Shown here piece by piece: positions 10,717 through 21,629 of a stretch of 64,000 bases of DNA. The notes beneath the pieces were generated by a model, which was given only the letters and a program-made list of their open reading frames with translations, made no database searches and had not been told where the DNA came from. The DNA is taken from contig CBDEFX010000002.1 in the NCBI GenBank assembly GCA_965237635.1, positions 729,829-793,828 on the forward strand, read 5' to 3'. Made by a program: the position numbers and the translations under genes. Each line of letters starts with the position of its first letter. The stretch's first letter is position 1. The stretch is from Dehalococcoidia bacterium. Lineage in GTDB: Bacteria > Chloroflexota > Dehalococcoidia > Lucifugimonadales > CAUZJF01.

Positions 10717-11442
10717 AATGTTGTTTGAGTGTCTGGCCAACCATCGCCTTGCCACATCGCATGCACTTGACTCGACCCGATAGCCCATAGTCGTACTTCT
10801 TGCGCCCTTGTCGCCTTCGTTCGGGGTCGTCCAGGGCCTTCTGTGCTGCACTAAAGATGTCGCTGTCGATGATTGGTGGCGACGCTCCTTCGACTTCAAT
10901 CCAGTCCGATGGAGGCCGCCGCTGGACTGTACGGCTAGATCGGCCGGCGCGACCGTTGCTCGCTCTGATCTTAGAAGTGCGTCGATAGAACGTGCGCCCT
11001 GTGTAGGTCTCGTTCCTCAGAACTCTGTGTACTGTAGCTGGGTGCCACTTGCTACCTGCGAAACTTGGGATGTCGTCGTAATTCAGTCGATTCGCGATTC
11101 GTACGATTGGGACTCCACGCAGGAACTCCTCGAAGATTCTCCTTACGACCCTCGCCTGTGACTCGACAACTGAGCGTTTGCCGGTGCCTCTGTTGTACAC
11201 GTATCCGTAACAGCCCTTGCCGGTGCCCTGAGGAAGTCTTCCCGACCTGGCCCGCTCCACCTTACCTCTCATCGTCCTCTCTGCAATCTTCTCCCGCTCT
11301 ACCTCACCTGCAAACGCCCTGACGTTGAGTATCAGGCGTCCCACAGGGCTGTTCTCGAAGTCCTCGGTGACGAACTCTAAAGTCGCTCCGACTTTCTCAA
11401 TATCGTCGAGAAGTACAGCGATATGTAAGGTGGACCCCATTA

Positions 11443-12378
11443 TTAAGACAGCACGAGGGCTAAATTAAGAGAGTCTCCCACCCCTGCGCTAGGTTTCACC
11501 AAGCCCGATGGCAGCCCTGCTTCTTCAGCTGCTGCTCCCCTTTCTTCCTGGCCATGTTGGTACACCTCTGCTGGGGTCCGGTAGCCCAAAGCCTGGTGAG
11601 GCCTCTGCCGGTTGTAGAACTCCAGGTAGGCATTGATCCCAGTTCGGGCCTCGGCGACGGTCTGGTAAGCTTTCAGATACACCTCCTCGTACTTGATGCT
11701 CCGCCACAGCCGCTCCACGAAGATGTTGTCCAGGTACCTACCCTTACCATCCATGCTGACCTGGACCCTCTGCTCCTGCAACGTCTGGGTAAAGGCCTCA
11801 CTGGTGAACTGACTCCCCTGGTCGGTGTTGAATATCTCCGGTCGTCCCTTACCCAGGGCTTCCTCCAACGCCGCCACGCAGAAGCTGGTGTCCATGGTGT
11901 TGGAGAGCTTCCAGGCCAGCACGTGCCGGCTGTGCCAGTCCATGATGGCCACCAGGTACAGGAAGCCCTTCGGCATGGGGATGTAGGTGATGTCCGCGGC
12001 CCAGACCTGGTCGACCCGATTAACCTCCACTCCCTTCAGCAGATAGGGAAAGATCCGGTGTCCCGGCGCTGGTTTGCTGGTGTTGGGACGCCGGTAGATG
12101 GCTTCCAGACCCATCAACCGCATCAGCCTTCGAACCCTTTTTCGGCTCACCAGATAGCCCTGTTGCAGCAGCCAGGCCTTCATCTTCCTGGAGCCGTAGA
12201 AGGGGGTCTTTAAATACTGACGGTCCATCAGGGCCATCAACTCCAGGTCTTCTGCCCTGGTCGGTATCGACCGGTAGTACACCGAGGCCCGGCTGACGTC
12301 CAGCAGGATACATTGACGCACCAAAGACAGCTGCTGGTGGTCTCGGTCTATCATGGCTCGCCGTATGCTGCGACTCAT
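11443..12378 (-). CDS. IS3-family transposase OrfB (DDE)
   Basis: [39 protein letters not shown]. Confidence 0.95.
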   Translation of the reverse strand: MSRSIRRAMIDRDHQQLSLVRQCILLDVSRASVYYRSIPTRAEDLELMALMDRQYLKTPFYGSRKMKAWLLQQGYLVSRKRVRRLMRLMGLEAIYRRPNTSKPAPGHRIFPYLLKGVEVNRVDQVWAADITYIPMPKGFLYLVAIMDWHSRHVLAWKLSNTMDTSFCVAALEEALGKGRPEIFNTDQGSQFTSEAFTQTLQEQRVQVSMDGKGRYLDNIFVERLWRSIKYEEVYLKAYQTVAEARTGINAYLEFYNRQRPHQALGYRTPAEVYQHGQEERGAAAEEAGLPSGLVKPSAGVGDSLNLALVLS

Positions 12379-12674
12379 AGACCGGACCTTTCCGACAAAA
12401 AATCGCGTTCCACCTTCAGCTGGCCGATGTGCCGGTAGAGGTGGTTAATCTGAGCTTCCTTGGCTTTCTCCTGGGATTTCTGATTGGTGGCAAATAGCTC
12501 CGGGGCTCCTTCCGCCAGGGCCCTTTTCCAGGCGTGAATCTGACTGGGATGGACCTCAAATCGGCTGGCCAGCTGGGCGATGGTCTCTTCCCCCGCAAGG
12601 GCGGCCAAGGCCACCTTGGCCTTGAACGCCGGACTGTGCTTATTCCTCGTCTGCTTCATGTCCTGCTCCTCCAC
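12375..12674 (-). CDS. IS3-family transposase OrfA (HTH)
   Basis: [22 protein letters not shown]; ATGA overlap with OrfB. Confidence 0.92.
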   Translation of the reverse strand: MEEQDMKQTRNKHSPAFKAKVALAALAGEETIAQLASRFEVHPSQIHAWKRALAEGAPELFATNQKSQEKAKEAQINHLYRHIGQLKVERDFLSERSGL

Positions 12675-12896
12675 GTCGGTTAGTTGCCGGTTATTTTAGG
12701 AGCTGGACTCTCTCTTAGCCAGTTGTCTAGTTTTTGGGTACCACCTCACTGTCAAGATTGGACCCGCTTGCCGTGTCCTTGATGCTTTCAGCCACGACCC
12801 AGCCTTTGGCCTGAGCGTGTTCTCGGCCTGCCCTCTCCTGGGTTTCCAACGAGGTGCCGTCACGCTCTTGGGCATCTGTCGACACCCGGCTGTATA

Positions 12897-13148
12897 TCAA
12901 CGCTCTAGCTGGAACCATCTCGCACTCCTTTTCGTGTATTTGCGCTTGGTACGCGGACGGCCTCTCTTGGGCTGATAGGTCTCGGCGAACTCCTCTAGCG
13001 CGGCCCTTGGAATTAGCCAGCGGTTGGCGACCTTGTGCGAAGGGAGCCGGCCGTGTTGGCAGAGCTGCGAAACTGTCACGTGCTTTGCACCCAGCAGAAT
13101 GGCTGCCTCCCGGGAGGTCAGATATCTGCTGCTCAACTCGTTAGACAT
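12897..13148 (-). CDS. excisionase-like HTH_17 protein with AT-hook
   Basis: YLTSREAA..LG..V..LC..GRLP..KV..RWLI; KRGRPR; overlaps recombinase start. Confidence 0.8.
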   Translation of the reverse strand: MSNELSSRYLTSREAAILLGAKHVTVSQLCQHGRLPSHKVANRWLIPRAALEEFAETYQPKRGRPRTKRKYTKRSARWFQLER

Positions 13149-13325
13149 TTCTTTCTTTATCCATATATAACCATGATTATAATACTACGAACTTGGCGTG
13201 TCTACTCTGGGGCTCAGTTCAGGAATACGATGTCTCAAGCACTACACAATCGAAGACTTCCGCCGTCGGCCTGACGAGTTTTCGCAATACCCTCGACGCT
13301 GACCTTAGAACCACAAGACTAGACG

Positions 13326-13372
13326 CATTTCGGCGGGGGAGACTCAACCTCTGGTCTCCTCCGCCGAAAATG
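13326..13372. terminator. GC-rich hairpin, probable terminator
   Basis: TTTCGGCGGGGGAGAC...GTCTCCTCCGCCGAAA stem just past the 13402 stop. Confidence 0.5.
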
Positions 13373-13401
13373 TTTTCGTCGTTAGCCTCGGTGCGGCTTG
13401 T

Positions 13402-14836
13402 CTAGGGCGGTGGGGGTGGGAACTGCGATTCGTTGAACTGTACCGCCGTGACCTCCCACGCGAACGAGTAAGTCTTATTTTCTTCTGCATCGTTGTCCAG
13501 GTGGACATGCAGCGTGCCAAGCACCTCGTCTCCAGCATGGAGCTGAGAACCTAGCCAAGTCTCCGAACCGATAATCTCCACGGTAGTGCTAGCAGGCAAG
13601 CCGACGGAGCCGATCGGCTCAACCGCTGGCGTCTAGTATTCGAGTGACTCGATATGTACCGGGATTGACCCTAATGAGTGGATGTCAATGTCGCAGTAGT
13701 AGTCGATCGAGGGGTACGCGCCGGTAAGCACCACTACCAAGACATTGTCTAGAATTTCGCAACGTATATCGCTGACGTCCTTCGCCGTCGTGAACCCACC
13801 GCCACTGGCAGTGGTGATGGTCAGATCGAACAGGATCGGGGTCTCGCCAGTCGAAGCCCTGGTCCAACTCGCGACGACCTTGAGGCACTGCCCGTCCGCC
13901 ACACTTAGGTCATCACCGTCGGTGACGGCCTCTGACGCGCCGAAGCTAACGCAGTCCGCGCTACTCGCGGCGGTAACCGCAATGGAGCTGGTTGCCGGCT
14001 CAGAAGAAGTCCAACTGACGGCGCCCCATTCTGCACCTACTATCCCGCTATCGTAGGTTACCGTCCATGCGCCGCTGTTGGGCGCCGCGGTCAGCGTGCT
14101 TCCCGTCATGTCGCTGTAGTTGTAGAGTCTCCCTCCAACGACCACTACGAGGTCTTCTGCACCTACCGGAGTCACCGCGTCGCCGCCGATGGGACCCAGA
14201 GCAGGATCGATACGATGAGCCTTACCGTTGTTGTATCCAGTGGCCCAGATCTTGCCGGCACTGTCGACAGCAACTCCGGTCGGGCCCACATTCTGGTCTG
14301 AGAGAACTACATTGCCTATGAAAGTACCGTCGTTCAGGAGATGGCCGATCGTTCTTCTATTGGGGTCCAGCGAATGAGCAGTCCAAACATGATCGTTGCC
14401 GTCGACAACGCAGCCTTGGGCGCGTCCGGCGCCTGCCCCGTGCGGGAATCCGCCAAGGAAAGTCCCGTCGGGCGCATACTTATTGATTAGGTTCCCGTTC
14501 AGCTGGGTATTCCACACGTTGCCCTGACTGTCGATACGCAATCCGTAGCTGTCGGGAGAGAACTGGCCAGCCCAGTTTGTACTAGTTGCCGGTGGCCCTA
14601 TCGAAGTGCCGGCAGGGTCACCGTTTACCCCGGTCAACGTAAGGGCTGTGTCCCACCTCAGTAGACCTCTGGCCGACCAGATGACGCCGTTCGGGTCGAT
14701 CAGTCCGCCGTAGCCACCGAATCCCAAACTTCCGATAGCATGCTCGGTTCGAATAATGGTTCCAGAGCCCGGGACGTCATACTTGCCCCCCATGACTAGA
14801 TCGAACTTACTCGAACCGCTGGAGAATACACACCGC
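13402..14836 (-). pseudogene. secreted/surface beta-propeller (Vgb/NHL-like) protein remnant, internal stop at 13633, 5' part lost
   Basis: Repeats GL.IDxxGxVW, PTGVAVDSAGKIW and YSDMTG; frame continues past TAG to 13402. Confidence 0.65.
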
Positions 14837-16208
14837 AGTAGAGTCCCAGGAAGTGGTGTAAGAGGGAGAGGGTCTGGAGAAAGAGAGACCACCGCGTCAT
14901 CCTTAGCGGGCAAAGAAGAAAGCTCGAGAAAGGAGGACAACAGTGGTTAAGGAAAGGATGGACCTGCTGGAGCTATTGCGCAGGGGGGGAATGGACGGTG
15001 ACGTGGACTTCCTACGGGAGGCACTGAGAGTGCTGGTAGAGGGGATCATGGATGCGGAGGTGTCATCGAGGATCGGTGCTGAGTATGGAGAACGCAGCCC
15101 TGAGCGGGTGACTCAGCGCAACGGGTATCGGTCCCGGGCGTGGGATACCCGTGTGGGGACTATGGAGCTGCACATCCCGAAGCTTCGAGAGGGGAGCTAC
15201 TTCCCGAGCCTGCTGGAGCCACGGCGTCGCAGCGAGCGAGCTCTGCTGGCGGTCATTCAGCAGGCCTACGTGGAAGGGGTATCCACAAGGCGGGTGGATG
15301 ACCTGGTCAAGGCCCTGGGGTGTGAGGGTATCTCCAAGAGCCAGGTGTCGCGTATCTGTCAGGAGCTGGACGTGGTGGTGGATGGCTTCCTGGGCCGTCC
15401 GCTGGACGGTGGACCCTACCCTTACCTGTGGCTGGACGCACTGACCCAGAAGGTCAGGGAGGACGGCAGGATCGTCAACGTCAGCGTGGTGGTGGCGACG
15501 GCCGTCAATGGCGAGGGCAAGCGGGAGATCATTGGGATGGGCGTGGGTACCAGTGAAGACGGCGCCTTCTGGCTGGCCTTCCTACGCTCGCTGTCCGCCA
15601 GGGGCCTCAGCGGGGTGGAGCTGGTGGTATCGGACGCTCATCAGGGACTCCGCGGCGCCATCGCCGCAGTCTTCGGCGGAGCCAACTGGCAACGGTGGCC
15701 GCACCCACTTCATGACCAACCTGCTCACTCGGGTACCCAGAAGAGTCCAACCATGGATGGCCACCATGGTCTGCACCATCTACCAGCAACCCTCCCCCGA
15801 TGAGGTACACGCCCAACTCGATAGGGTGACCGATCAACTCGGAGACCGGTTCCCTCAGGTGGCCTCTCTACTGGACGAGGCTGGACCCGATATCCTGGCC
15901 TTCTCCAGCTTCCCTGTCGCCCACTGGAAGAAGATCTGGTCCAACAACCCCCTGGAGCGTCTCAACAAGGAGATCAGGCGTCGCACCGATGTCGTGGGCA
16001 TCTTCCCTAACCGACCAGCCGTGCGTCGCCTGGTTGGCGCCGTCCTCGCTGAACAGCACGACGAATGGGCCGTCGGCCGCCGATACATCACACCTGTCGT
16101 GCTGATCCTAAACGAAGCTCTTCCGGAGGCCGATCTCGCGGAGGCGACAGCCGCCTAAACAACATCAACAGGATGACGCACTCTTACACCACTTGACGGG
16201 ACGTGACC
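14837..16208 (+). mobile_element. IS256-family element (type B), no TSD
   Basis: TIRs ..GTCCCAGGAAGTGGTGTAAGAG / CTCTTACACCACTTGACGGGACGTGACC; flanks are unrelated truncated genes. Confidence 0.88.
14943..16158 (+). pseudogene. IS256-family transposase with +1 frameshift near 15698
   Basis: RNGYR, GVSTRRV, WLDA, SDAH in frame 1; RTHF and SNNPLERLNKEIRRR in frame 2; QRC read as QRW. Confidence 0.9.
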
Positions 16209-16600
16209 GCCTGAATGACCCCTTGGAGAACTGGTAGCGGAGGGTTAGCGAGGCTCAAGATATCAGCAACGACATCGTTGGGGGGCCGCGCAGGCTTCTC
16301 GTCGTCCTTGTCAATCTTGACAAAGTTGGCCAGCCTATCAAGCGTGCCCTTGAGAGATGTATTCGTGAAGTGGCGGCTGCCGATCCCGTCGAAGCCTTCG
16401 GGTACTTCGACGAGGACATCCCCAAGACGGAAGAATCTAGGGTTGGGTTGATTGGCCGACAGCATCAAGTGTAGGCACTCGGCAGTAATGTCGCGCATGT
16501 GACGCCCCGAGACCAGAATCTTGGGACGGACGTCCTCCATTTCGACTGCTCGCTGGGCTAGAAGATTATCCTTGCTCACCGAGCCCTCCAACTGAGACAC
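16209..16600 (-). pseudogene. primase-associated hypothetical protein truncated by IS256
   Basis: Overlaps primase stop; frame runs into IS right end. Confidence 0.5.
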
Positions 16601-17462
16601 CTAACCTTGACGCCAGCTTCGTTAGCCTCCCTTGTCCACAACCTGCCCAACACTTCCAGCCCCGAACTGGGTGAAGTGACAGACTGGGATGATGGTCTTC
16701 GTGGAGAGGGCAACGAGCTAGAACTCCAGCGTTGCCAGACGGCTGTGGAGCAAAGCCGCCGGTGGCCAGGAAATCGTTGATGGCCTCGAACACTAGTGTT
16801 AACCATGTCGGAGCTTCAGGATACTGGCCCCTCTTCGACGACGACGCGGAAGCCGTTACCCTTACGGCGGGGAAGGCTTCCTCCAGGTCCCCTATCGAGA
16901 AACGTTGATCGGTCCGGCAGACTACGACGCGGGCGTAGGGTCGGGTGTAGTACTTAAGGTTCTGGAACCCTGGCAATCTGAGCACCCTGGCGCGGTCACA
17001 CGCGTTGCCATCCCCTCCGTGATGTGCGGCTATGGCCCGGTTGATACTTTCTACGCGGTCTAGGTCTTCACAGGGGGTCTCCAGCAGCCAAAGGGCCTGA
17101 AACTTCGCAGGGCTGGTCTCCACCACCACAGATGGCGCCACAGGAAGGGCCCGCGGCGCGCCAGAGTCGAAGTCGCTCCAGGTGGCTGAGGCGGGGCCAC
17201 ACGCCTCGGCCGTGCCGCGGTGGTGCTTTCTCGGTACGACGTCGTAGTACACGTTGCCTCGGCCATCGAACTCTTCCACGTGGTGCGCCCAGTCACCTTT
17301 TCCCTTGACTACCCTGACCGAGAAGAAACGCTGGACCACCGATCCTGCAGAGAGTATGACCCTAACCTCCAGATAGGCGGAGTCAGGAGCCGACTCCAAC
17401 AGTGCCGCTGCTATCGATATCGCGTCCTTGAGCGCGACATCGGTGCCGAGCTTGTCAGACAT
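16566..17462 (-). CDS. RepB-type DNA primase with C-terminal CHC2 zinc finger
   Basis: WSDFD, VVETSPAKFQALW, DRARVLRLPG motifs; CPLHEDHHPSL...WKCWAGC. Confidence 0.8.
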   Translation of the reverse strand: MSDKLGTDVALKDAISIAAALLESAPDSAYLEVRVILSAGSVVQRFFSVRVVKGKGDWAHHVEEFDGRGNVYYDVVPRKHHRGTAEACGPASATWSDFDSGAPRALPVAPSVVVETSPAKFQALWLLETPCEDLDRVESINRAIAAHHGGDGNACDRARVLRLPGFQNLKYYTRPYARVVVCRTDQRFSIGDLEEAFPAVRVTASASSSKRGQYPEAPTWLTLVFEAINDFLATGGFAPQPSGNAGVLARCPLHEDHHPSLSLHPVRGWKCWAGCGQGRLTKLASRLGVSVGGLGEQG

Positions 17463-17644
17463 CTTGCTGCTCCAGCCCTTTTGGTGTGGTGGTGCTTTCG
17501 TCACCGGAAAGGACGTCCCGGAGGACCTTGTTCCAGAGCCTATCCCACGCTACTACGCGATCACCATGCGTCCACCGGACTCGAATGTCCAAGGGATTCC
17601 CGACGCGTGGCGCTCCTGAGCGAGCTCGTCCATTGGGGCGGGGC

Positions 17645-17854
17645 CTAGTCAAGGGTAGATACCTTTCGCCCATCGGAGTCCATAAGGCGTTGAAGGTCGA
17701 GAACGTCGATAAGCCAGACCAGGCCAACCTTCTCAGCATCTAGTCTGCCTTCCCGAAGCCAGCGCCGAATCGTCTCCTGGTGCCGTCCCGTAAGCCTCGC
17801 AACATCTTGTACAGTGAGCTTGCCGTCGAGATATGTAGGTATTGATGTGCTCAT
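17645..17854 (-). CDS. excisionase-like HTH_17 DNA-binding protein
   Basis: LTVQDVARL.G...ETIRRWLREGRL.AEKVG..WLI. Confidence 0.85.
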   Translation of the reverse strand: MSTSIPTYLDGKLTVQDVARLTGRHQETIRRWLREGRLDAEKVGLVWLIDVLDLQRLMDSDGRKVSTLD

Positions 17855-17970
17855 GCGAAGTTCAAGAAAACAGAACCGCCGCTAGCATTGTCGCTAACGG
17901 CAGTTTTCCATATACGCCTGGGGTTGTCAGCTTAAGTTAGAGAGGAGGCCCTAACTCAAGAAGGATGAAT

Positions 17971-18994
17971 CTAGCCAAACTGCTCCTGCATATCTGGCTG
18001 GCGGGCGATAAGCAGCGATCCCCTCAGCTTGTTGACATGGTCTGCGATGGCCGAATGGCTATAGTCTTTGTGAACCATACTAAGCTCTTCGTAAATATCG
18101 GGGGCGTCATCCGGGTACTTTTCCGCTAGCCGTTCAAGGTGTTCCCGTCGGCTTTGGAGCTCTGAGTTCTTCCAAGTGGCCAGTTCGGCCCACGACATAC
18201 CTGGCGGCCTGATGCGATGGAACAGCAATTCCACGACCTCATCCAGATCCGGTCCGCCACGGCGCTCTTCGGGCTCCACCATACCCTGGCTCTTGAAGTA
18301 CCGCCTAATCTCCTCGCGTCTCTCGTCGTAGTGCTGCTTTTCACGCTCCCAGTCTTGTGGAGTCGCCTCGTCTGGCACGGTGGCCCCCTTCAGCCCGGCC
18401 CTGTATAGAGACGTACCGGGGTTGGCCCTCGGCCAATCTCCAGCCCGCTGGTTGCCCCTCAGGAGTCGTATAGAACCTGCCTGCGTATCCCCCGAAGTTG
18501 GGGTTTATCAGTCCTGAGTGCACCGAAGCGGTTGGATCAGGTCCGCTCCACCGTGGTACGGGTTCTCGCAGATCGATGTAGGGATCTTGAAGCCCGGCTT
18601 CCATATACCTTTCACGATCAGCCCTCCACCGGGTCCTCTGCCCATGTGCTTCCCCCAATGTGTGGAGTAGTGAATAAGGTGCCCAGTCGCATCGCAGCCC
18701 CCACGAGTAGGTGAATTCTCGCAACTCTTCTACTTGGCCTAACAGTTCAGGAGACTCGTTCAACTCCGCCATGGCGGCCTCCAAGCGCCTCCACTCTGCG
18801 GCGTGGTCCTGTAGGCTCGACGTCGGGATCAGTTGGTTGGTTGTGACATCTAGGAGCGGAGTGACTCGTGGGTAAAGCAGGTCGAGTCGATCCCGGAACT
18901 CCGGCTCCTCGCCGAACCGGAACCACAGGCTGTTGGCGCAGTTGACGGCCCTCGCGTTCGGATGGACTAGGTCGTACTGGCCTCCGGCACTCAT
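17971..18994 (-). CDS. hypothetical protein, probably one gene frameshifted near 18385 (or two overlapping ORFs)
   Basis: ORFs 18341..18994 and 17971..18378; TACAAT 6 nt before ATG 18994. Confidence 0.5.
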
Positions 18995-19240
18995 GCCGGT
19001 ATTGTAGCCCGCAACCCCACTAGGATTCTAGCACAGACCACTAGTTCAATCGCGAGGGGTGATCAGTTTGGATTTAGGGCTCAGGGAAGTTCGCCAAACG
19101 AAGACCAGAGCGTAGCGGCGGCCAAGCAGAGGAAGCCAGTTGTCTCAACGCCGGGTGTGGCTACCCGGCTGCGACTATGTCACGGCTCCGGACACGGGGG
19201 ATTGCGAAGGCGATTCTGAAAGGATATCCGCGATTTGTAC

Positions 19241-20374
19241 TCACCACTGAACAAACATCGGCATGACGACGTGGACGTACTGATCGTCGCCCACACGCCT
19301 GAGCACACCGGGACTCGAGGGGCTCGTCGTCTCTAGAGCTACCTCGCCCTCTTGGAGGACGTCTAGTACCTCCGCCAGGTACTTGCTGTTCAGGGCGATC
19401 TTGGCCTCGCTGCCCTCCACACGGGCATCGACCTCCCCCTGGTTGTCACCGAGCTCTTCGGCCTTGGACGAGATTGACAGCTTGCCTGGAGAATCGTCGG
19501 CCCCGCCCGTCATGTGTAGGCGCACTATTCCACTGCCGTCTCTTGCGAAGATCGAGGCGGTCCTTGTGGCCCTGAGAAACTCGGGCAGGTCGACCACGAC
19601 CTTCGTGTCATGGGACTGGGGAATAAGCTGCGCGTAGTTCGGGAACGTACCTTGAATGAGCTGTGTCACGATCTCGATGTCGTCCAGCCGGAAGAGGGCC
19701 TGGCTCTTGGAGGCAGTAACAGTAAACTCGATCGGCGCTTCCTGGTTTCCGATCAGGCGGTTGACCTCTTGTAACGCTCTGGCCGGGACGATGAAACTGG
19801 CGTCCTCGGAGGTGGGGCCGGATAGCTTCCCTTTGTAGACCGCCAGCCTGAAGCCGTCGGCAGCCGCGAACGTGAACTCATCGCCCGATATCTCGACCTT
19901 TATGCCGGTCAAGACAGGTCGAGAGTCCTCTGTGGCAGCAGCGAACGCCACGTGTGCGATTGCGTTCCGGAGTACTTGCGCCTCGACTCTTCCCACTACC
20001 CCGGATTCCACCGTTGGTATCGGAGGAAAATCATCTGCGTCGGTGCCATTGATATTGGCCTCGAACCGAGCGCAGCTCACGGCAAGGCTTGTCGGCTGGT
20101 TGGACGAGACTATGTCGACTCTCTCAGGAGGCAGAGAATTTACGAACTCGGTCAAGAGCCGGGCTGGAATGGTGATGGAACCCTCCTCCTCGATCTGGGC
20201 TCCAATCCAGGTGCTGATGGCGATCTCGAGATTCGTGGCGGCAAGCTTCAGCCTAGACTGGTCCGTGGATATCAATACGTTCTGTGTTATTGGGAGAGTC
20301 GTCCGCGTTGCCACAGCCCTCCCTACGGTGGACAGCCCTCGACCGAGATTCTCTTGTAGGCAAGATAGCCGCAT
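19241..20374 (-). CDS. dnaN: DNA polymerase III beta sliding clamp
   Basis: LAATNLE, DDFP, SRPVLTG, AADGFRLA, GTFPNY, LNSKYL, VVMPM. Confidence 0.97.
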   Translation of the reverse strand: MRLSCLQENLGRGLSTVGRAVATRTTLPITQNVLISTDQSRLKLAATNLEIAISTWIGAQIEEEGSITIPARLLTEFVNSLPPERVDIVSSNQPTSLAVSCARFEANINGTDADDFPPIPTVESGVVGRVEAQVLRNAIAHVAFAAATEDSRPVLTGIKVEISGDEFTFAAADGFRLAVYKGKLSGPTSEDASFIVPARALQEVNRLIGNQEAPIEFTVTASKSQALFRLDDIEIVTQLIQGTFPNYAQLIPQSHDTKVVVDLPEFLRATRTASIFARDGSGIVRLHMTGGADDSPGKLSISSKAEELGDNQGEVDARVEGSEAKIALNSKYLAEVLDVLQEGEVALETTSPSSPGVLRRVGDDQYVHVVMPMFVQW

Positions 20375-20452
20375 TCCGCCACCCCCAAATTAGTATGGGT
20401 AGTATAGAGCCGCCGCTAACGGCCGTCAACGCTCCGGTGGCCAAGACACAGA

Positions 20453-20482
20453 ACGGACGCTCCGGCCAGCCGGAGCGTCCGT
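20453..20482 (-). terminator. hairpin after cupredoxin gene
   Basis: Perfect stem ACGGACGCTCCGG / CCGGAGCGTCCGT; weak U-tract. Confidence 0.5.
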
Positions 20483-20512
20483 CTCATATCTGCCAGGGAT
20501 CTAGAGTTCTAA

Positions 20513-20989
20513 CTACTGGACCGTTATCGTTCCCTCCATCCCGTTCGCCTCGTGGAATAGGCAGTAGAACCTGTGGGTGCCAGCCTCATCGAAGGTGACG
20601 GTAACATCGACCTCCTCACCTCCGTCTACGTCCTCGTCTACCTCCCGTGCATCGATGCTGAAGTTATGTATTTCGGACTCGGCCTTTAGCGTAAAGGTAA
20701 CCGTCTCACCTACTGCGAACGTAAGCTCGGCCGGAACGAACGCGTACGCTTTGGTATCTCCACCGGGATCTCCGTTGATAATTGTGACTTGTGTACCCTC
20801 ATCGTTGGACGGCGTGGTGTCGGCCGGCGAGGAGGCGGTTGGTTCTTCAGTGGGCGTCTGGGCAGGCGCAGCGGCAGGCGGTGGTGGCGAAGCAGGTGCC
20901 GCGGTAGGCGTCGCCTCTTCGCTGCCGCCGCATGCGGCCAGCACCAGCGAAACCACGACAAGGAATATGAGGGTCAGAATTGGTCGCAT
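20513..20989 (-). CDS. cupredoxin-domain lipoprotein
   Basis: Lipobox LAAC, P/T/A linker, HNF and YCLFH...GMEGTITV copper ligands; GGAG upstream of ATG 20989. Confidence 0.88.
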   Translation of the reverse strand: MRPILTLIFLVVVSLVLAACGGSEEATPTAAPASPPPPAAAPAQTPTEEPTASSPADTTPSNDEGTQVTIINGDPGGDTKAYAFVPAELTFAVGETVTFTLKAESEIHNFSIDAREVDEDVDGGEEVDVTVTFDEAGTHRFYCLFHEANGMEGTITVQ

Positions 20990-21147
20990 GGGCTTGATAC
21001 TCCGTTGAACGGACTCGACTTGGTGAACCTTTTCACACATCGTAGCAGTTTGCAGGGTTCTCGGTCAACGAGCCACTCACGAGCGGATCACGACAACGAA
21101 CGTGGCCAGACCCGGTGGTTGGTGCCCGATGGCTGCCTCCCCCCATA

Positions 21148-21156
21148 TGATAAAAT
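21148..21156 (+). promoter_or_regulatory. extended -10 promoter of ssrA
   Basis: TGATAAAAT 18 nt upstream of the mature 5' end. Confidence 0.6.
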
Positions 21157-21174
21157 AGACTCAAGCTTTCCAAT

Positions 21175-21527
21175 GGGGACGCGTGGGTTCGACAGGGGAT
21201 GTCCCTGCGGGATTGCAGGCCGAGGCGCCATCACACCTCGTAAAAAGATGGCAAAACAGTAACTGGCAAGCAAGAGCTAGCCCTCGCGGCCTAAACGGCC
21301 GTGACGTCTACCGTCTCCTCTCCTCGAAGGTGGCGGCTAGGCGACGACATTCGAGGTGCAGTCCGACAGACGCCGATACGAAGGACTCAAGTACCATCGG
21401 CTGGCTGCTACAGGTCCCTCGCTGGTCAGGGCCGTAGGAGCGAGACATAAAGCACCAGCTAAGCCTGTAGACATCCTAGCCTAGGACTCTTCTGGACGGG
21501 GAGTTCGACCCTCCCCCGTCTCCACCA
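21175..21527 (+). ncRNA. ssrA: tmRNA; tag (A)GKQELALAA at 21265-21294
   Basis: 5' GGGGACG..GGTTCGAC and 3' GTTCGACC..CGTCTCCACCA with G3-U pair; TAACT before resume codon; tag ends LAA-stop; 353 nt. Confidence 0.96.
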
Positions 21528-21533
21528 AGCTAC

Positions 21534-21572
21534 AAAATGAGGTCTCAGCAATCGTCTGATGAGGCCTTTTGT
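21534..21572 (+). terminator. probable ssrA terminator
   Basis: AGGTCTCA...TGAGGCCT followed by TTTGT. Confidence 0.5.
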
Positions 21573-21615
21573 ATCTAACAACCGGTTCCGGGAGATAGAC
21601 CCAGTGTAGTTGTGA

Positions 21616-21629
21616 CCCCGTCTCCACCA
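21616..21629 (+). repeat. 14-bp duplication of the ssrA 3' end (att-like)
   Basis: CCCCGTCTCCACCA identical to 21514-21527. Confidence 0.8.

Larger units (their letters stand above)
11426..12748 (-). mobile_element. IS3-family element (copy 1, 1323 bp), no TSD, adjacent deletion
   Basis: Ends TGAGGTGG...CCACCTTA; near-identical to 45499-46821; recombinase DRLSR-type segment missing at junction. Confidence 0.93.
10127..12918 (-). pseudogene. large serine recombinase disrupted by IS3, MITE, frameshift and IS256
   Basis: YSRVST catalytic motif (12918-12749); EREKIAERTMRGK, YGY and Zn ribbon CMRCG (11425-10717); YYRC resumes below the MITE; coiled-coil 10366-10127. Confidence 0.9.

Noticed and set aside
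19241-20374. dnaN without dnaA as an element-borne clamp or oriC marker
   Set aside because: Looks like a typical chromosomal dnaN near ssrA; separation from dnaA occurs in Dehalococcoidia; no DnaA box cluster seen
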